Source: Eledone cirrhosa (taxonomy: Eukaryota). From it: a DNA stretch of 64,000 nucleotides. The stretch lies in contig OZ024764.1 of assembly GCA_964016885.1 (NCBI GenBank), forward strand, positions 14,074,001-14,138,000, given 5' to 3'. The notes beneath the pieces are model-generated. The model saw only the letters and a list, made by a program, of their open reading frames with translations, made no database searches and was not told where the DNA came from. The translations under genes were made by a program, and so were the position numbers. Positions 1-52,479 of this stretch are shown piece after piece. Each line of letters opens with the position of its first letter. The first letter of the stretch is position 1.

Positions 1-429
1 GTTTTCATCTCATTTAACCCTTTAACAGTATGGCAATGGCCATACTCGATAACGAGGGGGCAGCCATCATACTAATGTATGTATATATACATAGTGTGTG
101 TGTATTTACACAGTGAGTGTGTGTGTATTTACACAGTGAGTGTGTGAGATTTCAAATTGAAATAGTCTCAGTTGAAGAACACACACTCACAGGTGTGTGT
201 GTGTGTGTGCGTGTGATTCTGTTTTTGTGTGTGTATGTGTGTATGAATATGTGTGTGTGCGTGTGCATCCACACATTGGTCCAACAAAACCTTTACCTCC
301 TTTTTTTTGTGTGTTTTGCGTGTGTGTGGGGCATATTTGGTACGGGAGTACAAAAAGAAATATAACATGGTTTATCATCATCATCATCATCATCATCATC
401 TCTGACCCTTTTCATGCACCTGGTATCAT

Positions 430-630
430 GTTTTTTATTCTTTTACTGGTTTCAGTCATTAGACTGTGGCCATGCTGTGGCCTTCCTTCTATTACTGGTT
501 TCAGTCATTACACTGTGGCCATGCTGTGGCCCTTCCTTCTATTACTGGTTTCAGTCATTAGACTGTGGCCATGCTGTGGCCCTTCCTTCTATTACTGGTT
601 TCAGTCATTAGACTGTGGCCATACTGTGGC
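430..630. repeat. Minisatellite, ~50-bp unit, about 4 copies
   Basis: ttactggtttcagtcattagactgtggccatgctgtggcccttccttcta repeated. Confidence 0.9.
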
Positions 631-914
631 ACTGCCGTCTTTTTCTGGTGCACCAGCTTTAGCAAGGTTCTGGGAATTTCTAATCAAACCCCTTTTATTC
701 AATTCACAGGATTAAGTTTAACCCTTTTGCAAACTATTTCTAATGAAAGACAATCTATTTCAATTAATTAATGAAGAAAAATTTGAAGGATTTACTAAAA
801 TTATTTTGTTACTAAGACAGTAACTTAACATAGTTCTTATATAAAATTATGTTAGAAGATTTTAATTTAAATAGAAACCCTTTAAACTGAGCGTGTTTGT
901 TTCTTAGAACCAGA

Positions 915-1317
915 GTTGGTATCAAAAGGGTTAAATAGAAACCCCTTAAAAAGGGTGGCTTTCTTCCACAGATCCAGAGCTAGTTTTGTGGGTGAGTTAT
1001 TATCAAAAGGGTTAAATAGAAACCCTTTAAAAAAAGGTGGCTTTCTTCCACAGAACCAGAGCTAGTTTTGTGGGTGAGTTATTATCAAAAGGGTTAAATA
1101 GGAACCCTTAAAAAGGGTGGCTTTCTTCCACAGATCCAGAGCTAGTCTTGTGGGTGAGTTAATATCAAAAGGGTTAAATAGAAACCCATTAAAAAGGGTG
1201 GTTTTTTTCCACAGAACCAGAGCTAGTTTTGTGGGTGAGTTATTATCAAAAGGGTTAAATAGGAACCCTTTAAAAAAGGTGGCTTTCTTCCACAGAACCA
1301 GAGCTAGTCTTGTGGGT
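915..1317. repeat. Minisatellite, ~80-bp unit, about 5 copies
   Basis: tatcaaaagggttaaatagaaaccc...gagctagttttgtgggtgagt repeated. Confidence 0.9.
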
Positions 1318-1359
1318 GGATTGGTTGGCTGGTTGATACTAAAGCGGTCAACCCAATCC

Positions 1360-2107
1360 ACACTGTAATGTGACAGGGCGTAAATGTGATGACGCAAGAT
1401 GTGATACAACAGAAGTGAGAGTTGAACAGATGTAATGACGGATCAGAGATGATGACAATGATATCATTACATTCTGTAGTTGAGATGTGATGACAACACC
1501 AGAGATGATGGTGATGATATCGGCACAAGATGACATCATCGCATGCTGTAGACGAAGTTGTAATCTAGATGTGATGACAGGACCACATCTTCACATGGTA
1601 TAGAAAGAGCTGTAGTACAGATGTGACGACATACAACAGATGACGATGATGATGACACAATGACATCTCTCACATGCCGTAAAAAACGCTGTAGTACAGA
1701 TGTGACAACAGATAACAGATCAGAGATGATGACATGATGATGGGACCACATCATCACATGCTATAGAAAAAGATGTAGCACAGATGTGATGACAGGACCA
1801 CATCATCACATGCTATAGAAAAAGATGTAGCACAGATGTGATGACAGGACCACATCATCACATGCTATAGAAAAAGATGTAGCACAGATGTGATGACAGG
1901 ACCACATCATCACATGCTATAGAAAAAGATGTAGCACAGATGTGATGACAGGATCACATCACCACATGGTATAGAAAAAGATGTAGCACAGATGTGATGA
2001 CAGATAACAGATGCTGATAATGGCAATGTCATCACATGCTATAGACAAAGGTTGTAGTACAGATGAGACGATGACATAAGAGATATGACGATGACAGGGC
2101 GACATTC

Positions 2108-2135
<28 letters not shown>
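1360..2135. repeat. 52-bp tandem repeat in the ELMO 3' UTR, related to the stop-codon region
   Basis: gatgacaggaccacatcatcacatgctatagaaaaagatgtagcacagatgt; near-perfect copies 1740-2000, degenerate copies on either side. Confidence 0.85.
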
Positions 2136-40588
<38,453 letters not shown>

Positions 40589-41779
40589 TGTGCACTTTAT
40601 TTGATGGTGGTATTGCTGGTGGTGGAAGTGAGGATTCTCTGGTGAGACGGAGTGTAAGGAGGAGAAGTGTGGGGAGAGTGGGGACTGGTGGTGCTGGTGG
40701 TAGTGAAGCCCTGGTCAGTTTCTCTGAAAGAAGATGATAAAGAAGGTCAGGTCACCATGAGATGTTTATATAACAGAGACCACGTGTTGTCCCTCTACGA
40801 CTAAAAACTTTCCCCCTTGGAAAATCCCCAGTCGATGGATGCGAAATCCGAAATATAGGGACAATTAAATCACTTCCAATTCGTTATTTATCTTTAATTA
40901 CATTTAAATTTCATATAAATCGAAGGGAAAAAATTTTCAGCGGGGGTTTGTATCCCCGGGGAACCCTAATAGGGGGTTTAACCCCCATTAGGGTGTCTTA
41001 ATATTATTGAAATTTGCTGAAATTTTGTGAATAGGCATCATATCTTGTCATTTACCTATGGTTTAAATTTCATATAAATCGAAGGGAAAAATACATAAAT
41101 ACATAAACAAATTGAAGCACGTACACACACACACACGCGCGCGATTTCGGTGAAGTGCAGAGTTGTGACTTCCGTACAATACGAACTCATGATGTAGAGG
41201 GCGTGTCATTCTGTTGTGTTGTACAACCAGGATGTTACGATGTTGCGATATATATATATATATATATATATATTGAAAAAAACGGAGTTAAAGACTCGCG
41301 TTAATTCCCTGTAATCTAATGAGCTCAAGAATTAAATTACCAGGCTCTCAATAATACAGTATATAGAGAAGAAAACAGCAAAAAAGGGGTTATGTTTTCA
41401 TTTAGAAGGGGTAGAGAACCACTATAGTGAAATAGTGGAGGATAGGTCTACGAAAAGTATATATATATATATATATATATATTTATTAAAATAACAGATT
41501 AAAGTTTAAGCAAAGAATCGCTGCTTTCACCCTTAACGGGACCTCGTTTGCCTTAAAAATGTGGGGTGGATAAACCAACATTTGTTGATTCTTAAAGGAG
41601 CATAAATTACTTATGGTGCCTTTTTCCCGGACCCTATCACATAAGGAAAATTTTACACTAATTAAATTTTATATATTCAAATGACGTTCAGATATAAAAA
41701 AATAAGCTTAAAAAGAATTTATTATATCAAATAAACAGAAAATAAAATATAGACGTTTGAAAAAGATTAGATAGATAGA

Positions 41780-42286
41780 TTTCTTTATTTGCTACAAGGG
41801 CGCACAAGAAAAGGGAACAATACAAAGACATGCCGGGGATTTTACATACAGTCGTGTAAAAAATATAAAACAAACAATTGCAACAATCGAAATCCCCAAT
41901 AGGGGGGAAGCGCCGCAAATGGGTTGTTTAATACCCCGTCGATAGAACAACCCTCAACTCCAGGAGCGTGTTGTGCAAGTGCTCCTTTCTTCCTTTTGCT
42001 CTCTTCTTCAACCCACAGGCTTATAAACAGAGAAGGCCCAATCACTCGGGCCATTTTCGCTTCATAGATAGATAGATTTCTTTATTAGCCACAAGGGCGC
42101 AACAAGAAAGGGGACAATACAAAGACATGCCGGGGATTTTACATACAGTCGTGTAAAAATTATAAAAACAAACAATTTCAACAATCGAAATCCCCAATAG
42201 GGGGGAGGCGCCACAAATGGGTTGTTTAATACCCCGTCGATAGAACAACCCTCAACTCAAGGAGCGTGTTGTGCAAGTGCTCCTTT
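41780..42286 (-). mobile_element. Two short 3' ends of a related Tx1-like LINE
   Basis: Both end (C/T)AAATAAAGAAAT or TAATAAAGAAAT followed by CTATCTATCT; similar to the 39530-39830 3' region. Confidence 0.72.
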
Positions 42287-42580
42287 AGATAGATAGACAG
42301 ATAGCTATCTTTCTAGATAAATCGACAGATATAAAGAAAACCATGCAAGTAAATAGTGAGAGAGGGGAAGAGAGAAGATAGCTCTCATGACAACAAGAAC
42401 GATGCGATATATATATATAGTTCATCCTTTATCTTTGAACAGTCACATCCTTCTTATGGAGATGACTTATCTTCTCCCCCCCCCATTCCTCACGAAGTAC
42501 TTACATAGTTTTGTTTAGATCTATCTATATGTCTATTTATCTATCTATCTAATCTACCTTTATATAAAAAAATTATATAT

Positions 42581-42624
<44 letters not shown>

Positions 42625-43013
42625 GGGTGTGGTAAAAACCAGCTAGACCATAACCACCAGAGTACTCGATACTTGGGGTCCTGAATCTCTCTCTCTATAT
42701 ATATATAGAGAGAGAGAGAAGAAGTATGTATCGTAGGAGATGAACAGAGAGAGGGAGGTGCGATACAGATTACTAAATGCCAATAGCCGAAGCGAAATGT
42801 GCTCAATACTTAGGTTAGCAGAGTTAAATATTAGAGAGGATTTAATATTTAGTAGATTGTTCAAGCAGAGCAGGTATATATATATATATATATAAATATA
42901 TATATAAAAAGAGTCAGGACCCCGACGGCTGAGCTCCGGCCGTTTCGAGAGCTAGATCTGAACTAATTCTACTACCCTAAGTATCGAGTACTCTGGTGCG
43001 TTATGGTCCTTCG

Positions 43014-43132
<119 letters not shown>

Positions 43133-43486
43133 TGTGTGTGTGTATGTAATCACAATGAAGTGACTAACCAATTTCAAAAGCTTAAGACAATTACAGACAA
43201 TTGCTTCTGCCTATAAGATTGACAATAATACACCGGGTAGATGAGTCAAATATCTCTCTATATATAGAGAGAGATTGATAAATATATATATATATAGACA
43301 GAGGGAGAGTAATGGGTTCTACAGGACTAGAACTGTTTCATTCGAAGGAAATCATCAGGAAAGCCCTTCGAGTGAAACAGTTCTAGTCATTTCGAAGCTA
43401 CATCTATATAAATATATTTGTTGTATACACTCTACTAATGTATTGAGTACCTTACTTACTGTGGTTACCCCCGATTGAACCCGGGA

Positions 43487-43523
<37 letters not shown>

Positions 43524-43849
43524 TTACATAATAAAAAAATCAACGTTATGTCTATTAATCTTTTTTTTTTGGAAGTTATACATACTAACATCATATATAT
43601 ATGTGTGTGTGTGTATATATACAAACACACACGCATTAAGGTTAAATATATATGTTCTAATTAACGTTATATATATATATATATATATAGGCGGATCCTA
43701 GCTGTATATCAGGAAGTGATTACAATTTTAAAAGAAGTACTCAATATCTTAGTAGAGTATATATGACTAGAAATGTTTCGTTCGTAAGAAATTTCCTGGG
43801 GATTTCTTACGAACGAAACAGCTCTAGTCCCGAAGAAGTAATTTCTATA

Positions 43850-43892
<43 letters not shown>

Positions 43893-44054
43893 GTTATATT
43901 TAATTTGTTGGGATACAACAAGCAAAATATTTTTATAACTGATATAAAGCACTCAACAAATTATTGGAGTAAATATACAATATATTAACAAATGGAAACT
44001 ATATTTATAAAACCAGGGTATGTCAATATTTATTTATAAAACTAATCTATATTA

Positions 44055-44120
44055 TATTTTATCTGATGAAAGCGCACCATATTCTGCTTAGGTGGCCCTT
44101 GAAATATGTATCATGAAATA
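44055..44120 (+). ncRNA. Minimal type I hammerhead ribozyme, family A copy 7
   Basis: TATTTTAT-CTGATGA-aagcgcacc/ggtggccctt-GAAA-TATGTA-TC-ATGAAATA; cleavage triplet AUC. Confidence 0.78.
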
Positions 44121-44158
44121 AATATGATTTTATAAATATAGTTTCCATTTGTTAATAT

Positions 44159-44194
<36 letters not shown>

Positions 44195-44532
44195 CAAACG
44201 AAGTAACATCAACATCCTTCGGAAAATTACGAATCCTAGGAATGTATACACCAGTTTTCCATGTATATATTCGTTTAGTTAGCATTGCATTATTATATTT
44301 CCTTTTATACAACTATGAATAAAGTAGAAAACAATTTGACAATTTGATAACAAATATTTTTTTAATATATAATATAGTGTGTATGTATGTATGTGTATAT
44401 ATATATATATATATATTAACGCTAAATATGTGTGTATTAACGTTATAATTTTTTTTATAATGATATATATTTAATTAACGATACATATATATTGATATAT
44501 GTATATATACAACATGAATTATTATACACACA

Positions 44533-44576
<44 letters not shown>

Positions 44577-44785
44577 CGCTAAATATGTGTATTAACGTTA
44601 TAATTATCTTTAAAATTATATATATTTAATTAATTAACTATATATATATATATATATTGATATACGTATATACACAACGTTAATTATTATTATATATATA
44701 TGCACACACATATATATATATATTTAACCTTAATTAAAACCAAAAATAATGAAAAAATTAAGCCAATTAATAAACGAAGACTTAC

Positions 44786-45004
44786 AGAGAAGGACTTGCT
44801 AGGTGTGTGCTTGTAATAACACCAAAACAGGAAGTTGACAATTAAGAGAACTCAGTGTTGTAAATACCAAAGTCTTTATAAAAGGGGATTTTATTAATGT
44901 TACACCGCCTAGCCCGGCTTGTTTTTTCTCTCTCTCTCTGTTGAATCCGATCTTAATTGAATTAAATAGCGATCTACAGAAAGATTTCGTTATTTCAATA
45001 TTTG
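44786..45004. promoter_or_regulatory. Candidate shared promoter with first non-coding exons of ELMO (-) and the TMEM70-like gene (+)
   Basis: Short non-repetitive island between the two divergent genes. Minus-strand donor CT|GTAAGT at 44786, ETS-type CAGGAAGT at 44828 and a possible plus-strand GC donor TTG|GCAAGT at 45004. Inference only. Confidence 0.45.
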
Positions 45005-45534
45005 GCAAGTATCACACTTCACACATATATATATATATATATATATGTATGTATATATTTTTATTGGAACTTGTTAGGCTTTGCTTTTCGTCTTGTAATC
45101 ACAAAAATACGATTTTGTGTCCATCGCCGCACACATCCGATAGATCTTCTCATTCTCAAGGTCGAACTTGCATTTTTGGTGTAGATTGATTGTAAATTAG
45201 TGACAAAGTTGTTGTTGATGTCGTTCTTATTGTTGTTATTTAACCATGGGTCAGTCCTGGCCCAATCGACCCATGATCAAAAATGTTCCAGCTGTAATCG
45301 GCATTGTGTTTTGTTTGGCTTTTATTTAGACAAAGTGTATCTAGGTCTACGTTGGTGTTTAACCCCAGGTTAGTCCTGATGCGGTAGACCTATGATCAAA
45401 GATGTTCCAGCTGTGACCATCTTGTCTTATAGTCAGACACAGTGTATCTAGGACTACATTATCTGTGTTCTTCCATGTTGTTGTTTAGCCCCAGGGCAGT
45501 CCTGATCCAGCTGTGACCATCCTGTCTTTTATTC

Positions 45535-48500
45535 AGACACAGTGTATCTAGGACTACATTATCTAATGTGTCCTGTCTTATATACAGACACAGTGTATCT
45601 AGGACTACATTATCTAATGTGTCCTGTCTTATATACAGACACAGTCTATCTAGGACTACATTATCTAATGTGTCCTGTCTTATATACAGACACAGTCTAT
45701 CTAGGACTACATTATCTAATGTGTCCTGTCTTATATACAGACACAGTCTACCTAGGACTACATTATCTAATGTGTCCTGTCTTATATACAGACACAGTGT
45801 ATCTAGGACTACATTATCTAATGTGTCATGTCATATATACAGACACAGTGTATCTAGGACTACATTATCTAATGTGTCCTGTCTTATATACAGACACAGT
45901 GTATCTAGGACTACATTATCTAATGTGTCCTGTCTTATATACAGACACAGTGTATCTAGGACTACATTATCTAATGTGTCCTGTCTTATATACAGACACA
46001 GTGTATCTAGGACTACATTATCTAATGTGTCCTGTCTTATATACAGACACAGTGTATCTAGGACTATATTGTCTAATGTGTCCTGTCTTATATACAGACA
46101 CAGTGTATCTAGGACTACACTATCTAATGTGTCCTGTCTTATATAGAGACACAGTGTATCTAGGACTACATTATCTAATGTGTCCTGTCTTATATACAGA
46201 CACAGTCTACCTAGGACTACATTATCTAATGTGTCCTGTCTTATATACAGACACAGTGTATCTAGGACTACATTATCTAATGTGTCCTGTCTTATATACA
46301 GACACAGTGTATCTAGGACTACATTATCTAATGTGTCCTGTCTTATATACAGACACAGTCTATCTAGGACTACACTATCTAATGTGTCCTGTCTTATCTA
46401 CAGACACAGTGTATCTAGGACTACACTATCTAATGTGTCCTGTCTTATATACAGACACAGTCTATCTAGGACTACATTATCTAATGTGTCCTGTCTTATA
46501 TACAGACACAGTGTACCTAGGACTACATTATCTAATGTGTCCTGTCTTATATACAGACACAGTATACCTAGGACTACATTATCTAATGTGTCCTGTCTTA
46601 TATACAGACACAGTGTATCTAGGACTACATTATCTAATGTGTCCTGTCTTATATACAGACACAGTGTATCTAGGACTACATTATCTAATGTGTCCTGTCT
46701 TATATACAGACACAGTCTATCTAGGACTACACTATCTAATGTGTCCTGTCTTATCTACAGACACAGTGTATCTAGGACTACACTATCTAATGTGTCCTGT
46801 CTTATATACAGACACAGTCTATCTAGGACTACATTATCTAATGTGTCCTGTCTTATATACAGACACAGTGTACCTAGGACTACATTATCTAATGTGTCCT
46901 GTCTTATATACAGACACAGTCTACCTAGGACTACATTATCTAATGTGTCCTGTCTTATATACAGACACAGTGTATCTAGGACTACATTATCTAATGTGTC
47001 CTGTCTTATATACAGACACAGTGTATCTAGGACTACATTATCTAATGTGTCCTGTCTTATATACAGACATAGTCTATCTAGGACTACATTATCTAATGTG
47101 TCCTGTCTTATATACAGACACAGTGTACCTAGGACTACATTATCTAATGTGTCCTGTCTTATATACAGACACAGTCTATCTAGGACTACACTATCTAATG
47201 TGTCCTGTCTTATCTACAGACACAGTGTATCTAGGACTACACTATCTAATGTGTCCTGTCTTATATACAGACACAGTATATCTAGGACTACATTATCTAA
47301 TGTGTCCTGTCTTATATACAGACATAGTCTATCTAGGACTACATTATCTAATGTGTCCTGTCTTATATACAGACACAGTGTACCTAGGACTACATTATCT
47401 AATGTGTCCTGTCTTATATACAGACACAGTGTATCTAGGACTACATTATCTAATGTGTCCTGTCTTATATACAGACACAGTATATCTAGGACTACATTAT
47501 CTAATGTGTCCTGTCTTATATACAGACATAGTCTATCTAGGACTACATTATCTAATGTGTCCTGTCTTATATACAGACACAGTGTACCTAGGACTACATT
47601 ATCTAATGTGTCCTGTCTTATATACAGACACAGTCTATCTAGGACTACACTATCTAATGTGTCCTGTCTTATCTACAGACACAGTGTATCTAGGACTACA
47701 CTATCTAATGTGTCCTGTCTTATATACAGACACAGTATATCTAGGACTACATTATCTAATGTGTCCTGTCTTATATACAGACATAGTCTATCTAGGACTA
47801 CATTATCTAATGTGTCCTGTCTTATATACAGACACAGTGTACCTAGGACTACATTATCTAATGTGTCCTGTCTTATATACAGACACAGTGTATCTAGGAC
47901 TACATTATCTAATGTGTCCTGTCTTATATACAGACACAGTATATCTAGGACTACATTATCTAATGTGTCCTGTCTTATATACAGACATAGTCTATCTAGG
48001 ACTACATTATCTAATGTGTCCTGTCTTATATACAGACACAGTGTACCTAGGACTACATTATCTAATGTGTCCTGTCTTATATACAGACACAGTGTATCTA
48101 GGACTACATTATCTAATGTGTCCTGTCTTATATACAGACACAGTGTATCTAGGACTACATTATCTAATGTGTCCTGTCTTATATACAGACACAGTGTATC
48201 TAGGACTACATTATCTAATGTGTCCTGTCTTATATATAGACACAGTGTATCTAGGACTACATTATCTAATGTGTCCTGTCTTATATATAGACACAGTATA
48301 TCTAGGACTACATTATCTAATGTGTCCTGTCTCATATTCAGACACAGTGTATCTAGGACTACATTATCTAATGTGTCCTGTCTTATATACAGACACAGTG
48401 TATCTAGGACTACATTATCTAATGTGTCCTGTCTTATATACAGACACAGTGTATCTAGGACTACATTATCTAATGTGTCCTGTCTTATATATAGACACAG

Positions 48501-50765
48501 TATATCTAGGACTACATTATCTAATGTGTCCTGTCTCATATTCAGACACAGTGTATCTAGGACTACATTATCTAATGTGTCCTGTCTTATATACAGACAC
48601 AGTCTATCTAGGACTACAATATCTAATGTGTCCTGTCTCATATTCAGACACAGTGTATCTAGGACTACATTATCTAATGTGTCCTGTCTTATATACAGAC
48701 ACAGTGTATCTAGGACTACATTATCTAATGTGTCCTGTCTTATATACAGACTACCTAGGACTACATTATCTAATGTGTCCTGTCTTATATACAGACACAG
48801 TATATCTAGGACTACATTATCTAATGTGTCCTGTCTTATATACAGACACAGTCCACCTAGGACTACATTATCTAATGTGTCCTGTCTTATATACAGACAC
48901 AGTGTACCTAGGACTACATTATCTAATGTGTCCTGTCTTATATACAGACACAGTGTATCTAGGACTACATTATCTAATGTGTCATGTCTTATATACAGAC
49001 ACAGTGTACCTAGGACTACATTATCTAATGTGTCCTGTCATATATACAGACACAGTGTATCTAGGACTACATTATCTAATGTGTCCTGTCTCATATTCAG
49101 ACACAGTGTATCTAGGACTACATTATCTGTGTTCTTCCATGTTGTTGTTTAGCCCCAGGGCAGTCCTGATCCAGCTGTGACCATCCTGTCTTTTATTCAG
49201 ACACAGTGTACCTAGGACTACATTATCTAATGTGTCCTGTCATATATACAGACACAGTGTATCTAGGACTACATTATCTAATGTGTCCTGTCTTATATAC
49301 AGACACAGTATATCTAGGACTACATTATCTAATGTGTCCTGTCTTATATACAGACACAGTGTATCTAGGACTACATTATCTAATGTGTCCTGTCTTATAT
49401 ACAGACACAGTGTATCTAGGACTACATTATCTAATGTGTCCTGTCTTATATACAGACACAGTATATCTTGGACTACATTATCTAATGTGTCCTGTCTTAT
49501 ATACAGACACAGTATATCTAGGACTACATTATCTAATGTGTCCTGTCTTATATACAGACACAGTATATCTAGGACTACATTATCTAATGTGTCCTGTCTT
49601 ATATACAGACACAGTGTATCTAGGACTACATTATCTAATGTGTCCTGTCTTATATACAGACACAGTGTATCTAGGACTACATTATCTAATGTGTCCTGTC
49701 TTATATATAGACACAGTATATCTAGGACTACATTATCTAATGTGTCATGTCTTATATACAGACACAGTGTATCTAGGACTACATTATCTAATGTGTCCTG
49801 TCTTATATATAGACACAGTATATCTAGGACTACATTATCTAATGTGTCCTGTCTTATATACAGACACAGTGTATCTAGGACTACATTATCTAATGTGTCC
49901 TGTCTTATATACAGACACAGTGTATCTAGGACTACATTATCTAATGTGTCCTGTCTTATATATAGACACAGTATATCTAGGACTACATTATCTAATGTGT
50001 CATGTCTTATATACAGACACAGTGTATCTAGGACTACATTATCTAATGTGTCCTGTCTTATATACAGACACAGTGTATCTAGGACTACATTATCTAATGT
50101 GTCCTGTCTTATATACAGACACAGTATATCTAGGACTACATTATCTAATGTGTCCTGTCTTATATACAGACACAGTGTATCTAGGACTACATTATCTAAT
50201 GTGTCCTGTCTTATATACAGACACAGTGTATCTAGGACTACATTATCTAATGTGTCCTGTCTTATATACAGACACAGTATATCTAGGACTACATTATCTA
50301 ATGTGTCCTGTCTTATATACAGACACAGTATATCTAGGACTACATTATCTAATGTGTCCTGTCTTATATACAGACACAGTGTATCTAGGACTACATTATC
50401 TAATGTGTCCTGTCTTATATACAGACACAGTGTATCTAGGACTACATTATCTAATGTGTCCTGTCTTATATACAGACACAGTGTATCTAAGACTACATTA
50501 TCTAATGTGTCCTGTCTTATATACAGACACAGTGTATCTAGGACTACATTATCTAATGTGTCCTGTCTTATATACAGACACAGTGTATCTAGGACTACAT
50601 TATCTAATGTGTCCTGTCTTATATACAGACACAGTGTATCTAAGACTACATTATCTAATGTGTCCTGTCTTATATACAGACACAGTATATCTAGGACTAC
50701 ATTATCTAATGTGTCCTGTCTTATATACAGACACAGTGTATCTAGGACTACATTATTCAATGTGC
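45535..50765. repeat. 51-bp satellite array, about 100 copies
   Basis: gtgtatctaggactacattatctaatgtgtcctgtcttatatacagacaca; one interruption at 49128-49200 repeating the array's leader sequence. Confidence 0.98.
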
Positions 50766-51236
50766 CCTTCCTGAGGTCGTATATAAATGGTTATAGCTAT
50801 CGATTCCTTGTGTTTATATAAACAATATATTATCTTTTACAGAACTCAACAAACACAAGCATATATATATATATATATATATCAGTCGCTGCAGAAATTA
50901 CCCCCCAGCATATGACAGGGAAATCATGTTGCTAAGGGTTAAGTTACCACAGCTCATACGTAGTTACACCAACAAACTACAACCGAATCTCTCTAAGGTA
51001 AGGGCTATGTTTTTATACCCGGTATTGTTGTTAAGCCCCTGAGTCAGTCATAAGTTATGGAGGTGGATAGCTTAATGGTTAAGGTGTTGGACTCATAATC
51101 ATATGGTCATAGGTTCGTTTCCTGGACATCGACCTGGCCGACAGCATGTTGTGCCTTTAAGTAAGACATTTTGGTAAATATTTATTAAAGTACCAGTAGT
51201 GCACTGGCGTCAATTTAATCGACTATCCTCTCCTCC

Positions 51237-52290
51237 AGTCTACCTAGGACTACAGTTGCTTATGTGTGCTGTCTTATATACAGACACAGTGTACCTAGGA
51301 CTACAGTTGCTTATGTGTGCTGTCTTATATACAGACACAGTGTACCTAGGACTACAGTTGCTTATGTGTGCTGTCTTATATACAGACACAGTGTACCTAG
51401 GACTACAGTTGCTTATGTGTGCTGTCTTATATACAGACACAGTGTACCTAGGACTACAGTTGCTTATGTGTGCTGTCTTATATACAGACACAGTGTACCT
51501 AGGACTACAGTTGCTTATGTGTCCTGTCTTATATACAGACACAGTGTATCTAGGACTACATTATCTAATGTGTTCTGTCTTATATACAGACACAGTGTAT
51601 CTAGGACTACATTATCTAATGTGTCCTGTCTTATATACAGACACAGTGTACCTAGGACTACATTATCTAATGTGTCCTGTCTTATATACAGACACAGTGT
51701 ACCTAGGACTACATTATCTAATGTGTCCTGTCTTATATACAGACACAGTGTATCTAGGACTACATTATCTAATGTGTCCTGTCTTATATACAGACACAGT
51801 GTATCTAGGACTACATTATCTAATGTGTCCTGTCTTATATACAGACACAGTGTACCTAGGACTACATTATCTTATGTGTCCTGTCTTATATACAGACACA
51901 GTGTATCTAGGACTACATTATCTAATGTGTCCTGTCTTATATACAGACACAGTATATCTAGGACTACATTATCTAATGTGTCCTGTCTTATATACAGACA
52001 CAGTGTATCTAGGACTACATTATCTAATGTGTCCTGTCTTATATACAGACACAGTATATCTCGGACTACATTATCTAATGTGTCCTGTCTTATATACAGA
52101 CACAGTGTATCTAGGACTACATTATCTAATGTGTCCTGTCTTATATACAGACACAGTGTATCTAGGACTACATTATCTAATGTGACCTGTCTTATATACA
52201 GACACAGTGTATCTAGGACTACATTATCTAATGTGTCCTGTCTTATATACAGACACAGTGTACCTAGGACTACATTATCTAATGTGTCCC
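51237..52290. repeat. Second block of the 51-bp satellite, about 20 copies; first six are a variant (cagttgcttatgtgtgc)
   Basis: Directly visible. Confidence 0.97.
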
Positions 52291-52479
52291 TCCTTGCTGT
52301 AGTTTAGCTGCAGGTCAGTCATGATGCAGCAGGCCTATGTGGACAGTGTCTTTTCCTTCTTAGTCTAATTAATTGATTAATTAATAATTCAAGTAAACAA
52401 CCCAATCCTTCTAATCCCCCCCCCCCCCCACCACCATCACTCATCACGTTTGTCCTCTTCTAACTTTTGTCATTTCCAG

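Noticed and set aside
45535-50765. CRISPR-like regular array
   Set aside because: There are no unique spacers and no cas genes, and the context is eukaryotic; these are plain tandem repeats.
45542-52307. Very long ORFs (up to 1212 aa) of repeating YLGLHYLMCPVLYTDTV
   Set aside because: A 51-bp unit divisible by three leaves several frames open on both strands; this is satellite DNA with no sign of coding constraint.
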